NCBI RefSeq assembly: GCF_009914755.1 | Contig: NC_060947.1 | Source of the DNA: the human T2T-CHM13v2.0 reference genome, Homo sapiens | DNA length: 64,000 nucleotides | Strand: one strand, 5' to 3' | Shown here: positions 1 through 12,315 of the stretch, one piece after another | Numbering within the stretch: position 1 is the first letter of the stretch | Layout of the letters: each line of letters starts with the position of its first letter | Notes under the pieces: model-generated | Told to the model about the DNA's origin: nothing | Seen by the model: the letters and a program-made list of their open reading frames with translations, nothing else | The model's database searches: none | Position numbers and translations under genes: made by a program

Positions 1-1618
1 ATTTTGAGGTATTATTTTGCATTTTTAACTCTGTGTTTATCTACACTTGATTTTTTGTTCCCCATGTCAGGTAGAGATCCAATTCTGCTTTCCTTTTTCA
101 CGTGGAAATTTAGTTGTCTCGTCCTCATTAGTTGAATACTGTATAGTTTTCCCATTATCAGCTTATTTACTAAAAAGTCCTTCTTTGTCCCTGCTGATTT
201 GAAATGCTACCTTTTTCATACTCTCAATTTACACATATTATTGGGTCTGCTTATCACTTTCTAGTATGTTGCCTTGGCCTGTCTGTCCATTCTCATGCCA
301 GCGAATCCACAGTGTTTTAATGACAGAAGCTCAGGTGTATACTGTAATATGTTTTAGGCCACTTATTCCTCATAGCTCTTCCTTTTCGGTGATTTTGTAG
401 CTATACTTGCCTTTTTAAATAGGCATTATAATATCATCTTGTTCTCTCCAGGGCAAAAGAGGAATTGTAATAAACTTAAAACTCACTTAGGGAGAAGTAA
501 CATCTTGATGATGTTAGTTATAATGTCCTCACACGGAACAAGGGATTTCTACCCACTAGTCCAACTCTACTTTTGTGTCTTTGTAAAAGGCATTTTATAC
601 TGTTTTGAATATGTCTTAATTTTATGCCTATTTTTAAAACCGTTTTTGTTGCTCTTGTAAATGAAGTTTGTTTTGTTTTTAACTTTTGTCTTCTAACTGG
701 TTATATTTTTGTGTCTGTGGAGGCTGTTGGTTTTTGTGTGTCAATTTTATATACTGAAAACTTTCTGATTTTTTTTAATGTTTTAGTTACTTTTACCCCT
801 GATTCTCTAGGGTACTCCAAGTATATTATGACGTCACCTGCAACTAGAGATAATTTTAGTTGTTTTCCAATTCTTTTGCTTCTAATTTCTTTGTCTTGCT
901 CCTTGCATATGTGACAACCTTCAGGACAATGATAGGTAATAATGGACACATTAAACATTTTTGCCTGCTTCTTTACTAGAATGCCTCAGGATTTCTCCAT
1001 TATTTAGCATTCAATTTTGATTATAATTTTTTTCAAATTTTGCCATTTTTTAGTATCTGTGAAGATAGTTGTACAATATTTTCCTTATGCCTATTAAATG
1101 GCAAAGTTTTAAAATTGCTAATATTCCACTTTGTATTCCTAGAATAAATCCTACTTGGCCATGGTGTACCATTTTCTCATTGTGATTTTTGAATATGTTT
1201 GGTAATATTTTATTTAGGATTGCCACATTAATGTTCAGAAGCAACATTGGCCCATCTGTGATGCTGCCATTATCAGCTTTAGGGAATATTGTTCTACTTC
1301 CTCCTAAAAAAGAAGTCCAATGTTTACCTTCATTTTCTAGTCTTCAAAGCAATATTAAGTGCTGCAACTATTTGGCCCTAAAGGTTTGGAGAAAGTCCCT
1401 GTGAAGGAATCGGTGCCTGATGGTCTCCTATGGATTATTTCCTTCACAATGCTATTTCCTTTGTAGAAATTGTCTTTTAACCTTTTGGGCGCTATTGGGA
1501 TCAATAAAATGTATTTTGACAAGAAATTACATTGTTCATAGAGTGTTACAAATGTATCCACATAGAGATGCGTAAAGACATCCCTTTGGTTTTTACAAAT
1601 TTCCTCTTTATTATAATT
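1..1618 (-). mobile_element. Old L1 (L1M) ORF2 fragments
   Basis: Translations LKLSLVAGDVIIYLEYP and ILNKIL..HHGQVGFILGIQ are degenerate L1 reverse transcriptase. Confidence 0.8.
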
Positions 1619-1620
1619 TA

Positions 1621-3953
1621 CAGGCATACCTCAAAGATATTGTGGTGTTCAGTTCCAGACCATCATAATAAAGCAAGCAACACGGATTTTTTGGTGTTTC
1701 TTGGGTATAAAAGTTTAAGTTTACACTATGCTATAGCCTATTAAGTGTGCAAAAGCACTATGTCTAAATTTATATACCTTAACTTAAAAATATTGAAGTA
1801 TTAAAAGTGTTTAATATCACCTGAGCCGTCAGTAAGACATAATCTTTTAGCTGGTGGAGAGTCTTGCCCCAGTGTTCATGGCTGCTGACTGATCAGGATG
1901 GTGGTTGCTGAGAATTGGGGTAGCAGGGGCAATTTCTGAAAATAAGACAACAATGAAGTTTGACACATAGAGAGACTCTTGTTTTCATGAAAGATGTCTC
2001 CATAGCATATGATGCTGTTTCAAAGCATTTTACCCACCCAGAGTAGAACTTCTTTCAAAGTTGGAGCCGATCCTTTTAAACCCTGTCACGGCTTTTTCAA
2101 CTAAGTTCATGTAATATTCTAAATCCTGTGGTGTCATTTCAACTACATTGCTGCATCATCTCTAGGAGTAGATTCCATTTTAAGACACACATTCTTTGTT
2201 CGTTCATAAGACGCAACTCCTCATCCATTCAAGTTTGATCATGAAATTGCAGCAAATCAGTTCCTTCCTCAGGATCCATTACTCTTTCTGATTCTCTTAC
2301 TGTGTCCATCACATCTGCAATTATTTCCCTCACTGACGTCTTGAACCCCTCAAAGTCATTCATGAGGGTTGGAATCAACTTCTTCCCTTTAATGTTGTTG
2401 ATATTTTGACCTCCTCCTATGAATCACCAGTGTTCTTAGTGGCATCCAGAAAGGTGAATCATTTCCAGAAAGTTTTCAATTTCTTTTTCTCAAATCCATC
2501 AGAGGAGTCACCATCTGTAGCAACTATAGCCTTATGAAGTGTGTTTGTTAAATAAGGAGACTTAAAGTTAAAACTACTCCTTGATCCATGGGCTGCAGAG
2601 TGAAGGTTTCATGCACGTTAGCAGGCATAAAAATAAAAAAATCTCCTGGTATATCTTCATCACAGCCCTTGAGTGACCAGACACAGTGTCAATGAGTGGT
2701 AATATTTTGAAAGGAATCTTTTTTTCTGAGCAGTAGGTCTCAAGAGTGGGCTTAAAATCTTCAGTAAGCCATGATGTAAACAGATGTGCTGTCCTCCAGG
2801 CTTCGTTCTTTCATTTCTAGAGCACAGGCAGAGTAGCTTTAACATCATTCTTACAGGCTCTAGGATATACAGAGTGGTAAATGAGCATTGGCTTCAACTT
2901 ACAGTCACCAGCTGCATTAGCCCCTAACAAGAGAGTCAGCCTGTCCTTTGAACCTTGGAGTCAGGCATTGACTTCTCCTCTCTAACTATGGAAAGTCCAA
3001 ATGGTATCTTCTTCCAATAGAAGGCTTTTTCATCTGGAAGGAAAATCTGTTGTGAACGTAGCCACCTTCACCCATGATCTCAGATAGATCTTCTGGAGAA
3101 CTTGCTGCAGCGCCTCCATCAGCACTTGATGCTCCACCTTGCGATTTTATGTGATGGAGACAGCTTCTTTCCTTACACCTTATGAGTCAACATCTGCCAG
3201 CTTCTCACATTTTTTTCTTTTTTTCTGCAGCTTCCTCATCTCTCTCAGCCTCAGAGAACTGAGGAGAGTTAGGAGTGTGCTCTTGATGAGGCCTTGGCTT
3301 AAGGTCATGTGGCGGCTGGTTTGATGGTCTATCCACTAAAACTCTCTCCATATGAGCACTAAGGCTGTTTTGCCTTATCATTCATGTGTTTGCTGGAGTA
3401 GCACTTTTCATTTCCTTCACATTGTTACTAATGGTTTCATGCAGAAAGCCTATCTCAGCTGTCGACATGCCTTCCTTACTAATCTTAATAATTTCTAGCT
3501 TTTGATTTAAAGTGAGAGATGTGCAACTCTTCCTTTCCCTTGAACATTCAGAGGCCATTGTAGGGTTAGGAATTGGCCTAGTTTCAATACTCTTGTGTCT
3601 CAGGGAGTAGGGAGGCCAGAGGAGAGGGAGAGGCATGGGAAAAGGCCAGTCAGTGGAGCAGTCAAAACACACACGTTGATAGATTAAGTTTCAATCTTAT
3701 AGGGTGCATTTTTGTCGCTTCCCAATGTGATTACAATAGCAATATCAAAGATCACTGATCACAGATCATCATAACAGATATAATCCTAGCGAACACTTGA
3801 GATGTTGTGAGAATTACCAAAATGTGACCCAGAGATATGAAGTGAGCACATGCTGTGAAAAATGGTGCCCACAGATTGCTCAATGCAGCGTCAAAAACAA
3901 GCTGTATCTGTCAAGTGCAATAAAGTAAAGCACAATCAAATGAGGTGTTCTGG
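1621..3953 (-). mobile_element. Tigger1 DNA transposon, near full length, decayed
   Basis: ta|CAGGCATACCTC TIR; MASECSRERKSCTSLTLNQKLEIIK transposase N-terminus on the minus strand. Confidence 0.92.
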
Positions 3954-3984
3954 TAGTTCTATTTCTGCTGTGCAATACATCTGA

Positions 3985-3985
<1 letters not shown>

Positions 3986-4029
<44 letters not shown>

Positions 4030-4060
4030 ATCTATCTAGCCATCTACCTACCTACCTATC
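3986..4060. repeat. (TCTA)n microsatellite
   Basis: Directly visible; paralogous tract at 59248-59350. Confidence 0.95.
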
Positions 4061-4669
4061 ATATATAGAAACACTATCTCTATGACTTTGATTCATTTAG
4101 CTGCTACTTCATCTGCTTCAATGATTTAAAAAGAACATCTTGACTTCATTTCTTGATCTCATCTTTCTGTTTTCTCCCTCAATAATGTCTGCTGTTTATA
4201 TTAATGTTATTTCTTTCTTGTGCTTTCTTTTGTCTTACTAAGCCAAAAGAAATAATTTTCTTTCTAAATTTTATGTCTTGTCCTTGAGTTAGAAATTTCC
4301 CTCATTCATTGTCATGGGTATGAGTATTCAAAGCTGCCCATATTTCTCTGATCGCTTCTTTAAATATGTCTCATAGATTTTGATCTGTAGACTTTATTTT
4401 AATTTATCAGAAATTATATAATCTCATCTCCTATCTCCACTGGCGTCCAATATTCTTTTAACAGATGATATTTATGAGTTCTAGTCTAGCGGGGAGAGGT
4501 TTTTATTGCTTTTAGTTGTAGTATACTATGACGATGGCATGTAATTTGTGATTTCTTTATTTCGTGGAACTTACTGATGTTTTCTTAGTGACCTCATATG
4601 TGATCAACTTTTGTAAATGTTCCTTGTATGATAGAGAAGGTGTATTTTCTGGTATCATGTTGTAGTTTG

Positions 4670-5005
4670 TTTATTTGTTTATTTGTTTTGAGACAGAGTC
4701 TGGCTCTGTCGCCCAGGCCGGAGTGCAGTGGCCCAATCTCGGCTCACTGCAAGCTCCGCCTCCTGGGTTCACGCCATTCTCCCGCCTCAGCCTCCCGGGT
4801 TCACGCCATTCTCCCGCCTCAGCCTCCCGAGTAGCTGGGACTACAGGCGCCCGCCACCACGCCCGGCTAATTTTTTGTAATTTTTTAGTAGAGACGGGGT
4901 TTCACTGCGTTAGCCAAGATGGTCTCGATCTCCTGACCTCGTGATCCACCCGTCTCGGCCTCCCAAAGTGCTGGGATTACAGGCATGAGCCACCGCGTCC
5001 CGGTC
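4670..5005 (-). mobile_element. AluY with internal 32-bp tandem duplication
   Basis: AluY diagnostics, CpG-rich, TSD tcatg(t/c)tg(t/c)agttt; empty site in copy B at ~59938. Confidence 0.9.
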
Positions 5006-5069
5006 TCATGCTGCAGTTTTTATACATATACATTAGTGCTACATTTTCAAAAATGTTTACAGTGTTACG

Positions 5070-5385
5070 CTGGGCTGGTTGTGGTGGCTCACACCTGTAG
5101 TCCCAGCACTTTGGGAAGCCGAGGTGGGAGGATCGCTTGCACACAGGAGCGCAAGACCAGACTGGATAACAAAGTGAAACCTCGTTTCTAAAAAAAACAG
5201 AAACAAAAAGAAAAAACAGTCACGCATGGTTTGTGCGGGTAGACCCAGCTACTTGGGAGGCTGAGACAGGAGGATCGCATGAGCCTGGGTGGTCAAGCTG
5301 TAATGAGCTATAAGCTACCACTCCACTGCAGCTGGGGCAGCAGAGGGAGACTCAATCTCAAAAAGAAAAACAAACAAACAAACAA
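5070..5385 (+). mobile_element. AluJ-like (shared with copy B 60000-60300)
   Basis: ggaggatcgcttg AluJ diagnostic; highly diverged. Confidence 0.8.
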
Positions 5386-5799
5386 ATCTCATGTACCCTC
5401 TAAATATATATGCCGGCTATGTACCCACAAAGATTAAAAATTGAAATTAAAAACAATTTACAAATTTCACTGTTATTTCTTTTTGGCCGTTTAACTGGTT
5501 GTGGCAAATTGCATTTTCAGGAGTTGGCCACAACACCATCTTCTCTCCCCCATGCTCTTCTTTCCATGTGACCTTGACACTGCTTTTATCAAGGAGTGGA
5601 GCCCATATGTCCTTCTCTTGAACTGAGGCAGCATCTGAAACTGCTCAGACTGAGAGAGGACCACACAAGTGATGATTTGTGTCTGGAGAGACTAGGTCAT
5701 AAAAATGCTATGAAATCCCACCTTCCAGCTCGCTTAGCCCTGTGATCCCACTAGACTTCTACTCCATCTGGACTGCTACTCCATTGACCTTTTCCCTGT

Positions 5800-6950
5800 T
5801 CCTCTATCCTTGAGAATTTCCTGTCTTCTCAGATTCAAAGTCCAATGTTTCTGTCAGTCACCTCCCAATAATTTCTTGTGCATTCACTGCATTTGTCAGG
5901 AAAAGTCTTATTTCTAGAAAAAAAAAAAAACTTTTGCATTGCTGGCCCCTGTCCCTGTGCCTGTGGAAAAATTACTTAACATGGCCAGTGTTTACCCTCT
6001 TGACTGTATTTGTTTTCCACCCTCAATTAGGCCCTCAAAATGGTCCCCAAGTGTCCTGTTTCCACCTGGTCAACTCATTCTCCCAACTGTGATTTTTTTT
6101 TTCTGCTGCCTTTTCTGCTGTGCTCACCCTTCAAGTCGGCTATCTACATTCCCAACGCCCTGTTACACTCACCCTTTGACCCTATTCCTGTTTTTCTGAC
6201 AATTCAAATGGAAACCCCCAAAACTTCTGCCATCAAACCTACAAGCTACCTGCATCTGTGCCTGATCTATTAGAGGAGCAGAGATGTCCCTGCCCCTGTG
6301 TTCTACATGTTCCATGGCCTCCTGTCTTCCAGGAACCTCATGTCATCCATTGGTTTATCCATTATCTTTCTCCTTCCTCTATCTTCAGTATGTCTTTCTT
6401 TTTGCGTCTTTCTTGTTTCCATTAGCACATACTTGAATCTCCTTCAACTTGAAAACACCTGGGCGTTATTCACAACCAATGTAATTCCCACCACTCTCTT
6501 ACTCTTTGTGGCAGAGTTTCCAAAGGATTATCTCTACTTGGTGCCTGTATTGCCTCACCTCTCACATTTTCTGTAACCCGCTAGAAACCAACGTGGGCCC
6601 ACACATCTCTTCAAAAAAAAAAAACTCTCCCTCAAAAGTCACTGGTGACCTCCATGTGACTATAGCTAATGGACATTCTCTGGCCCTCATCTCAGTTGAT
6701 TCTCAGCTTCAGTCAACACTGTTGCACACTCTCCTCTTTTTCTCTTTCCTCTCCTTTTGTCTTCCTTTGTCTTCCATAACAACACATTCTCCTGTTATTC
6801 TCTTCATTTTGGCCACTTCTCAATATCTTTACTAGCAGCACCTCCTCCACGGGGCCTTTTCAAGATGGGATTCCAAGCGATTTGGTTTTACTCAATTCTC
6901 TTCCAAGTTTATACTCTCTCTCTAAACATTTTTATATAATATATGGCCAT
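5800..6950 (+). mobile_element. L2 fragments
   Basis: aagtcactggtgacctccatgtgactatagctaatggacattctc L2-like sequence; paralogue at 61000-61970. Confidence 0.6.
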
Positions 6951-7594
6951 GGCTACAATTACCATTGACATCAAAGTTTCTCAAAGTATGGCTCGTGGAC
7001 CAGCCTGTATCAGGATCAGAGTGAAAGGGAAATGGCAAAGTTCAGATTTCATGGCCCTATTCAGGCCTACCAAATGAACTCTGTGGGAGGGAACATTAAA
7101 TCTGCATTGGAAATGTTATCCAGGTTGTTCTCATATGCCCGCACACTATTTGTCAGGGACTGCCTGGTTGACATTAGCAGTGGCAGCTCAACTCCTCCAT
7201 CTGGTGACTTTCTGACACCATCATCTTCTTTTTGCAAATACAGTCCATGGAGGTTAGTAAAGTAAAATGTGAAAAGTGAGAAAGCAATAAAGAACATAAA
7301 ATATGGAGTATCTGCTCCATGAGTAATCCAGATTGCATTATATCATTTTACGACATATCTAGCAGCAAAGTAGAACTTGTCTATCTTAATGTTTTGAGAG
7401 TAAATCCAATGGACACCTTTCCATTCTCATCTAAGGGCAGGAAAACACAGGTATTGAATGACTCCCCCTCTACAGATCATTACACCAAGTTTCTGGCTTC
7501 TAACAATGGTGCCAAGGGCATTAATGAATTTGTATAAAGTTAGTCTTCCAGAGGTTAGCTAATAAAAAGCCCTGTACTTTCCACTAATACAATA

Positions 7595-8830
7595 GTATGG
7601 GTTTTGATTCTCATTTCTCTGATGATGAGTGATGTGAAGCACTTTTTTAATATACCTGTCCATCATTTCTATGTCTTCTTTGGGGAAATGTCTATTCAGA
7701 ATCTTTGCTCACTTTTTAAATGAGTTATTTTTCTCCTGTTAACTTGTTTGTGTTCCTAATGTATTCTGGATATTAGTCCCCCGTTGGATAAATAGTTTGC
7801 AAATATCTTCTCCCATTCAACAGGCTGTTTCTTTACTCTGTTGATTATGTCTTTTTCTGTGCAGAATCTTTTCAGTTGAATGCACTGCATTTGTCTACTT
7901 TTGGTTGCTTTTCTTGCCTGTGCTTTTGAAGTCTTGCTCAGGAATTCTTTGCCTAGACCATGTCCAAGAGATTTTCCTCTAGGTTTTCTTCTAGTATTTA
8001 TATTTTCACGTCTTAAATGTAAGTCTTCACTCTATTTTCAGTTGATTTTCATATACAGGGAGAGATAGGTGTCTGCTTTCACTAATCATCAGAGAAATGT
8101 AAATCAAAACCTCAATGAAATATCATCTTACCCCAGTCAGAATGGCTGTTATTTCAAAAGAAAAAAATAACAAATGTTGACAAGTTTGTGCAGAAAAGGG
8201 AACTCTTACACCATGTTGGTGGGAATGTGAACTACTACAGCCACCATGGAAAACAGTATGGAGATTCCTAAAAAATAAAATAAAAAATTGTACTACCATT
8301 CGATGAGGCTATCCCACTACTGGGTATCTACCCAAAGGAAAATAAATTGATATTTCAAAAAATACCTGCACTTGCACGTTTACTACAGCACTATCCACAA
8401 TAGCAAAGATGTGGAATCAACATAAGTGCCCATCAATGAATAAATGTTATTCTTCCACAAAAAAAAAGAATGAAATCATGTCATTTGCAGCAACATGGAT
8501 GGAACTAGAGGTCATTACCTTCAGGGAAATAATCCAGGCACAAAAAGACGAATATCACATGTCTTCACTTATATGTGGGAGCTAAAAATTCTAGTTGCAT
8601 GGTGGCACAGAGTTGAGAGGTAGAGAACAGAGATTAAGAAGAGTGAGTCAGGAGGGGGAAGGACAAAGAGAAATGGGTCGAAGGGAGCAAACCTGCAGTA
8701 AGATAGAAGCAATGAATTCATTGTTTGATAGCAGAGTAGGGTGACAGTCCTTCACAAAAAAGTATTGTACTCAGGTGATGGACATTCTAATTACCCTGAC
8801 TTAATCACTACACATTATATACATTTAACA
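7595..8830. mobile_element. L1 3' end with internal inversion (minus 7595-8070, plus 8080-8830)
   Basis: Strand switch at ~8075 is typical of twin priming; same junction in copy B at ~63450. Confidence 0.78.
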
Positions 8831-9301
8831 GTGAATTAGTACTATAGGTAAGTCATGTACCTAAGTAAGCAGTAAAATAGAGACAACAAGGATACTAAGT
8901 GGAATGCAAAAAATAGGGAACCTGTTCTTGTCAAATATAATTTTGTCGTTGTCGTATTAATAAGTTCGACTTAACTGGGTTTTCCCAAGAAACTTGTTAC
9001 ATAGAAACAGCTACCAATCATTACATTTCCAAGTGAAGCCTGATCCTGAAAATCATGCTCTCTGCAACTCACATTTGATTTATTAGTTTTAGTGGGGACA
9101 AGAGCTTAGAACTTCAAAGGACAGGTGCTGAGTGTTATATAGGAAAAAAGTTATGGAGGATAACTGTAGATAACTTGAATCTCTGTGTGATGCCAGGATA
9201 AGGAAAAACCTTCTTTATCATTCTATTATTTTTTGTTGGGATAATAAATTACCACAGACATCTGACAGTAAACATGTATTTAGTAACCTAAAGATATCAA
9301 T

Positions 9302-9343
9302 TAGTTATGGCGAAAACTGCAATAACTTTTACACCAACCTAAT
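9302..9343. mobile_element. Partial MADE1 (Hsmar1 MITE)
   Basis: aaaactgcaataacttttacaccaacctaata mariner TIR. Confidence 0.65.
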
Positions 9344-10389
9344 AAAAACAGCCAGACCAAGTAATTGATCTCAGGAAGCTAAAGATAATGGGCTTATGCC
9401 AGAGAGTTGAATAACCGTTTTTCTCCTTGCCAAATCCCAACCTAGTGTTACAAATATTACCTCATACAATAGATATCTATTTTACCAAGGTGAATAATTA
9501 AGTAGAGATAACTAGATGAAGCCAGTACCTAGAATAAACATATTCTCCTCAGTACTACTTCTTATGTCTTAGTGAAATAATTCCAGACCCCCCAGTCATA
9601 CCTGGCAAATAATTGAATAAACAATTCCCAATTACCTGGAAATCTGGTTGAACGTACAAAGTTGAGTAACCATCTTTGTCAACTCTGTGTTCTTATCATC
9701 TTTAGGATTGTTGACTAGGTGCCATGAATATGGTAAGTAGAGTTACATGGGTAAGAGTTAAATACAGAATCCTCCATAAAACTAGAATAGCTGGTTGAGG
9801 GTAGAAAGAATGAAATTGCATTCTTTTCAACACTTCTGAGTTCTTGTTGGAATAATTAGTTAGTTCTGTCAATGGGCAGTAGTACCTAGGTTATTACATA
9901 GCAAGAAATAAGGAGAGATAATTAGAATAAATATTTGATGGCAGGGTGGTTAAAAAACATTATTTTCAATTAGAAACACTTATTTCTTGTAGGATTAATA
10001 AGTTAGAATTAGGTGGTACTGCAGATATCTCTATATGTTGTGGATTTCATTTCTGGGGAGAATGCATACTCAACCGATGGATTTCTGGGTCATGTGGTGG
10101 ATCAATTTTTATTTTCTGAGGAACTGTTATACTGTTTTTCATAACGTTGTACCAATCACATTCCTGCCAGTGGTGTGGAAGGGTTCCCTTTCCTGCATGC
10201 CCTAAAAAGGTTCCATTTTCTACACACCCAAATACCCTTCCATGGGTGTTGGTTAAACTGTGCTGCATCTTACAATGGTATACTGCTCAGCAACAAAAAG
10301 AAGAAGAACATACTAATACACACAACTTGGATCAAACTCTAGGTTTTGCTGACAAGCGTATTCACAATAAAATAGCGAGGAAATACTCA

Positions 10390-11145
10390 TGATTATTATA
10401 ATTCTCATTTCTATCACTGGTCACAATATGGTAGCTGGGTTTTATAAGCATCCTCTTCTGCTACACATTCTGTATACCTTTAGCCCTCAGCAAGCACCTC
10501 AGCTGGTCGGGGTTCTGTACTTGGTAGGGTAACACAAACCTTCATTCCTAAAGGGTCTAGCCATTCACAGTTCTGCCTGGATTGGGTTGTGGTAATTTCT
10601 CATTTAGTTTAATCACAGGGTATAGTAATACTAAGAGACACCCTAAGGCATCCCCTGTTTTCCAGACATATTCTTCCTTACCTTCATCGTGGAGTCATCC
10701 TCCAATGTCCCCCGTTTAGTCGACATCAATGACTGCATGCAACACACTTACTCCCTTCTTACCCTCTTGACTCAGAGGCACCAGAAGCCCAAAGTGGCTG
10801 GGTGTCAGTCTTAATTTCTAGTTCCATGAAATCACTGTTGTGTCTCCTGGTGGCAACATTCCTTCCTCTAGAACTAAGACCTCTAGCCAGCAGAGCATAA
10901 AGTTGTTGTGGAAACAGGAAGCAAAACATTTACTAGTGAGCCTCTAGGGGTGATGCTGAATGTTGCCACTCCAATTTCCACCCCTGGATTCCTGGACCAG
11001 TGAATCCTGGCTATGATAGAGACGACATCATATGTTGAATGCTGATTCAGAGCACATACAGCCTTCAAGAGGACTTTGCTCCAGCTCTGCAAAGTATTAT
11101 CAGCTAGCTGGGGCAGTCACTGTGACTTCAAAATGTCATTTCACT
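10390..11145 (-). mobile_element. ERVL (HERV-L-type) internal pol/integrase fragment
   Basis: WSKVLLKAVCALNQ..IARIHWSRNPGVEIGVA resembles the HERV-L integrase C-terminal region. Confidence 0.8.
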
Positions 11146-11158
11146 GTTATTTTATTAT

Positions 11159-11194
<36 letters not shown>

Positions 11195-11199
11195 CGTTA

Positions 11200-12315
11200 A
11201 GCAAAGATCTTTGTTTTCTTTCCTCTCATATTTCCTTATCAGGTAACGTAAGACGCAGTGACTTTTCATCGGTATTTAAGTATTATTAATTTTACATGAT
11301 GCTATGTTCATGTTATGCGATATCAGCTGAAAAAAACATCATTTAAGGATTTTACTTCCTCTCCTGAGAAAAGGATTGGTATTGGTTGTAGGCAGGATAG
11401 TTGTATCATGTTAGACAGAATTATGATGTTGGTATGGTCTTTGTTTGATGAGTAACTATGGTTTAAGAAGCTGCACATGGGTGCCAAGGTGACATAAGGT
11501 GACATGGGGTAGAGTTGTGATGATGAATTGTATGTGTGAACTTGGGTAGGCTGAGGCAGCAGGGGTCCCCCACATGTTTGGCACCAGGAACCGGTTTCCT
11601 GGAAGACAATTTTTCCAAGGACTGGGGGTGGGGTGAGTAGGGAGGTGGGTGGGTGTGGGGAGATGGTATCAGAATGAAACTGTTCCACCTCAGATCATCA
11701 GGCATTAGTTAGATTCTCATAAGGAGTGAGAAACCTAGTTCCCCGGCATGCACAGTTCACAATAGAGTTCATAATCCTGTGAGAATCTAACGCCACTGCT
11801 GATCTGACAGGAGGTGAAGCTCAGGCAGCAATGCTCCCTTGCCTGCTGCTCATCTCCTCCTGTGTGCTGGTTCCTAACAGGCCACCACCAACCAGTACTG
11901 GTCCACGGCCCATGGGTTGGGAAGCCCTGGGCTAAAGGATGCCCAGATAGCTGACAAAGCATTATTTCTGGTGTGGCTGAGAGGGTATTTCTGAATGAGA
12001 TTAGCATTCCAATCAGTACACTTGAGTAAAGAAAATTGCCCTCACCAATGTAAGCAGGCCTCATCCAATCCATTAAGGACCCAGAGAGTAGCAAAAGGTG
12101 GAGGAAGGGTGGATGAGCTCTATTTCTGAGCTATTTCTGAGCTGCAATATCCATCTTCACCTGCCCTCAGACATTGGAACTCCTGGTTCTTGTGCCTTCA
12201 GGCTCCAGGACTTACACCAGTGGCTCCTTTCCTAGTCCCTATTATATAGGTTATGTATTATATAAAAACATAACGTATTGCTTCTATTTCTCTGGAGAAC
12301 CCTGACTAATACAAG
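11200..12315 (+). mobile_element. ERVL 3' internal sequence plus MLT2 LTR, interrupted by MER1
   Basis: PPT-like segment followed by tgtgatg LTR start (~11516); ends gagaaccctgactaataca. Confidence 0.75.
11558..11930. mobile_element. MER1 (hAT-Charlie) element
   Basis: caggggtcccc ... gggttgggaagccctg termini and typical ggcattagttagattctcataagg core. Confidence 0.8.

Larger units (their letters stand above)
40..8548 (+). repeat. Segmental duplication copy A (direct repeat of 55820-64000)
   Basis: Colinear matches at an offset of ~55.0-55.8 kb, e.g. 7390-7490 vs 62420-62520; same order of L1, Tigger1, (TCTA)n, AluJ, L2, MER5 and inverted L1. Confidence 0.93.
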
